From: Eledone cirrhosa
Taxonomy: Eukaryota
Direction: 5' to 3'
DNA: 64,000 bases
NCBI GenBank assembly: GCA_964016885.1
Contig: OZ024741.1
Coordinates: forward strand, 15,190,001 to 15,254,000
The translations under genes and the position numbers were made by a program. The notes under the pieces are model-generated. The model ran no database searches, was not told the origin of the DNA, and saw only the letters and a program-made list of their open reading frames with translations. Positions 60,501 to 64,000 of the stretch are shown here, piece after piece. Every line of letters begins with the position of its first letter. The first letter of the stretch is position 1.

Positions 60501-63500
60501 AATATGACACTAGATAATATGACACTAGAGAATATGACACTGTGGAATATGACACTGGAGAATATGACACTGGATAATATGACACTGGAGAATATGACAC
60601 TGGAGAATATGATACTATATAATATGACACTGGAGAATATGACACTGAATAATATGACACTGGAGAATATGACACTAGATAATATGACACTGGAGAATAT
60701 GACAATGGAGGATATCACACTAGACAATATGACACTAGATAATATGACACTGGAGAATATGACACGAGAGAACATGACACTAGGTAATATGACACTGTGG
60801 AATATGACACTGTAGAATATGACACTGGATAATATGACACTGGAGAATATGGCACTGGAGAATATGACACTAGATAATATGACACTGGAGAATATGACAC
60901 TGAATAATAAGACACTGGAGAATATGACACTAGATAATATGACACTGGAGAATATGACACTAGATAATATGACAGTAGATAATATGACACTGGAGAATAC
61001 GACACTAGATAATATGACACTGGATAATATGACACTAGATAATATGACACTAGAGAATATGACACTGGATAATATGACACTGGATAATATGACACTGGAG
61101 AATATGACACTGGATAATATGACACTAGATAATCTGACACTGGAGGATATGACACTGGATAATATGACACTGGATAATATGACACTAGATAATATGACAG
61201 TGGATAATATGACACTAGATAATATGACACTGGATAATATGACACTAGATAATATGACACTAGAGAATATGACACTGGATAATATGACACTGGATAATAT
61301 GACACTAGATAATCTGACACTGGAGAATATGACACGAGAGAATATGACACTGGAGAATAAGACACTAGATAATATGACACTGGAGAATATGACACTAGAT
61401 AATATGACACTAGATAATCTGACACTGGAGGATATGACACTGGATAATATGACACTGGATAATATGACACTAGATAATATGACACTGGAGAATGTGACAT
61501 TAGATAATCTGACACTGGAGAATATGACACTAAATAATATGACACTGGAGAATATGACACTAGATAATATGACACTGGAGAATATGACACTAGGTAATAT
61601 GACACTGCAGAATATGACACTGGAGAATATGACACTGGAGAATATGACACTGGAGAATATGATACTAGCTAATATGACACCGGAAAATATGACACTGGAG
61701 AATAAGACACTGGAGAATATGACACTAGAAAATATGACACTGGAGAATATGACACTGCAGTATATTACACTGGATAATATGACACTAGATAATATGACAC
61801 TGGAGAATATGACACTGGGGAATATGACACTGGATAATATGACACTGGAGAATATGACACTGGAGAATATGACACTGGATAATATAACACTGGAGAATAT
61901 GACAGTAGATAATATGACACTGGAAAATATCCCACTGGAGAATATGACACTGGTTACTATGACACTGGAAAATATGACACTGGATAATATGACACTGGAG
62001 AATATGACACTGTATGATATGACACTGGATAATATGACACTGGATAATATGATACTGGATATTATGACACTGGATAATATGATGCTGGATAATATGACAG
62101 TGGAGAATATGACACTGGATTATATGACACTGGATATTATGACACTGGAAAATATGACACTGGATAATATGACACTGGATAATATGACACTGGATAATAT
62201 GACACTGGATAATATGACACTAGATAATATGACACTGGATAATATGACACTGGATAATATGACACTGGATAATATGATACGGGATAATATGACCCTAGAC
62301 AATATGATACTGGAGAATATGACACTGGAGAATATGACACTGGATAATATGACACTAGATAATATGACACTGGACAATATGACACTAGACAATATGACAC
62401 TGGATAATATGACACTGGATAATATGACACTGGATAATATGACACTGGATAATATGACACTGGATAATATGATACTGGATAATATGACCCTAGATAATAT
62501 GATACTGGAGAATATGACACTGGAGAATATGACACTGGATAATATGACACTAGATAATATGACACTGGAGAATATGACACTAGACAATATGACACTGGAG
62601 AATATGTCACTGGATAATATGACATTAGATAATATGACACTGGAGAATATGACACTGTAGAATATGACACAGGATAATATGACACTGGATAATATGACAC
62701 TGGAGAATATGACAGTAGATAATATGACACTGGAGAATATGACAATGGAGGATATGACACTAGACAATATGACACTAGATAATATGACACTGGGGAATAT
62801 GACACTGGAGAATATGACACTGGATAATATGACACTGGATAATATGACACTGTAGAATATGACACTGGATAATATGACACTAGATAATCTGACACTGGAG
62901 GATATGACACTGGATAATATGACACTGGATAATATGACACTAGATAATATGACACTGGATAATATGACACTAGATAATATGACACTAGAGAATATGACAC
63001 TGTGGAATATGACACTGGAGAATATGACACTGGATAATATGACACTGGAGAATATGACACTGGAGAATATGATACTATATAATATGACACTGGAGAATAT
63101 GACACTGAATAATATGACACTGGAGAATATGACACTAGATAATATGACACTGGAGAATATGACACTAGATAATATGACAGTAGATAATATGACACTGGAG
63201 AATATGACACTAGATAATATGACACTGGATTATATGACACTAGATAATATGTGACTAGAGAATATGACACTGGATAATATGACACTGGATAATATGACAC
63301 TGTAGAATATGACACTGGATAATATGACACTAGATAATCTGACACTGGAGGATATGACACTGGATAATATGACACTGGATAATATGACACTAGATAATAT
63401 GACACTGGATAATATGACACTAGATAATATGACACTGAATAATATGACACTAGATAATATGACACTGGAGAATATGACACTGGATAATATGACACTGGAT

Positions 63501-64000
63501 AATATGACACTAGATAATCTAACACTGGAGAATATGACAGGAGAGAATATGACACTGGAGAATATGACACTAGATAATATGACACTGGAGAATATGACAC
63601 TAGATAATATGACACTATATGATCTGACACTGGAGGATATGACACTGGATAATATGACACTGGATAATATGACACTGGATAATATGACAATAGATAATAT
63701 GACACTGGATGATATGACACTAGATAATATGACACTGGAGAATGTGACACTATATAATCTGACACTGGAGAATATGACACTAGATAATATGACACTGGAG
63801 AATATGATACTAGATAATATGACACTGGAGAATATGACACTAGATAATATGACACTGCAGAATATGACACTGGACGATATGACACTGGAGAATATGACAC
63901 TGGAGAATATGACAGTAGATAATATGACACTGGAGAATATGACACTGGAGAATATGACACTGGAGAATATGACAGTAGATAATATGACAGTAGATAATAT
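27513..64000. repeat. Satellite DNA, 15-bp monomer AATATGACACT(G/A)GA(G/T), about 2,400 copies, running off the window end
   Basis: Continuous 15-bp period with three dominant variants (..CTGGAG, ..CTGGAT, ..CTAGAT), rare +/-1 indels and no foreign insertions seen. Confidence 0.99.

Noticed and set aside
27509-64000. Giant NMTLE/NMTLD pentapeptide-repeat protein with an N-x-T sequon in every repeat, and antisense SSVIF/VSYSP ORFs up to ~1200 aa
   Set aside because: A 15-bp stop-poor monomer opens several frames automatically. TAG stops and +/-1 indels are scattered and copied with the duplications, and there is no unique N- or C-terminus, signal peptide or splice context.
27513-64000. CRISPR-like array or deliberately encoded information in the monomer variants
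   Set aside because: There are no unique spacers and no cas genes, the context is eukaryotic, and nested duplications explain the variant order.

Overview
This is eukaryotic, gene-poor, repeat-saturated DNA. The long (TA)n/(CA)n microsatellites and the tRNA-derived SINEs resemble octopod cephalopod genomes; that is an inference from remembered SINE sequences and is not verified. No host protein-coding gene is supported. Positions 1-27.5 kb are a mosaic of decayed mobile elements: two Penelope-like elements (RT + GIY-YIG), five copies or fragments of an L1/Tx1-clade LINE with an apparent (ATCT)n target preference, three SINEs, a 302-bp non-autonomous Helitron, a decayed Helitron Pif1 helicase region and a 45-bp TTAGGG-containing minisatellite. 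From ~27.5 kb to the window end is one uninterrupted satellite (>=36.5 kb) of a 15-bp monomer, with kb-scale higher-order duplications; it begins seamlessly inside the Helitron coding sequence. The most interesting signal is a set of at least five distinct hammerhead-ribozyme (HHR) motif families within ~20 kb. Two motifs are complete, one of them inside a ~490-bp non-coding unit with terminal direct repeats (retrozyme-like). Most sit in (TA)n tracts, and three large DNA palindromes have their symmetry axes in or beside a ribozyme core. Almost all ORFs in the supplied track are artefacts of simple repeats.
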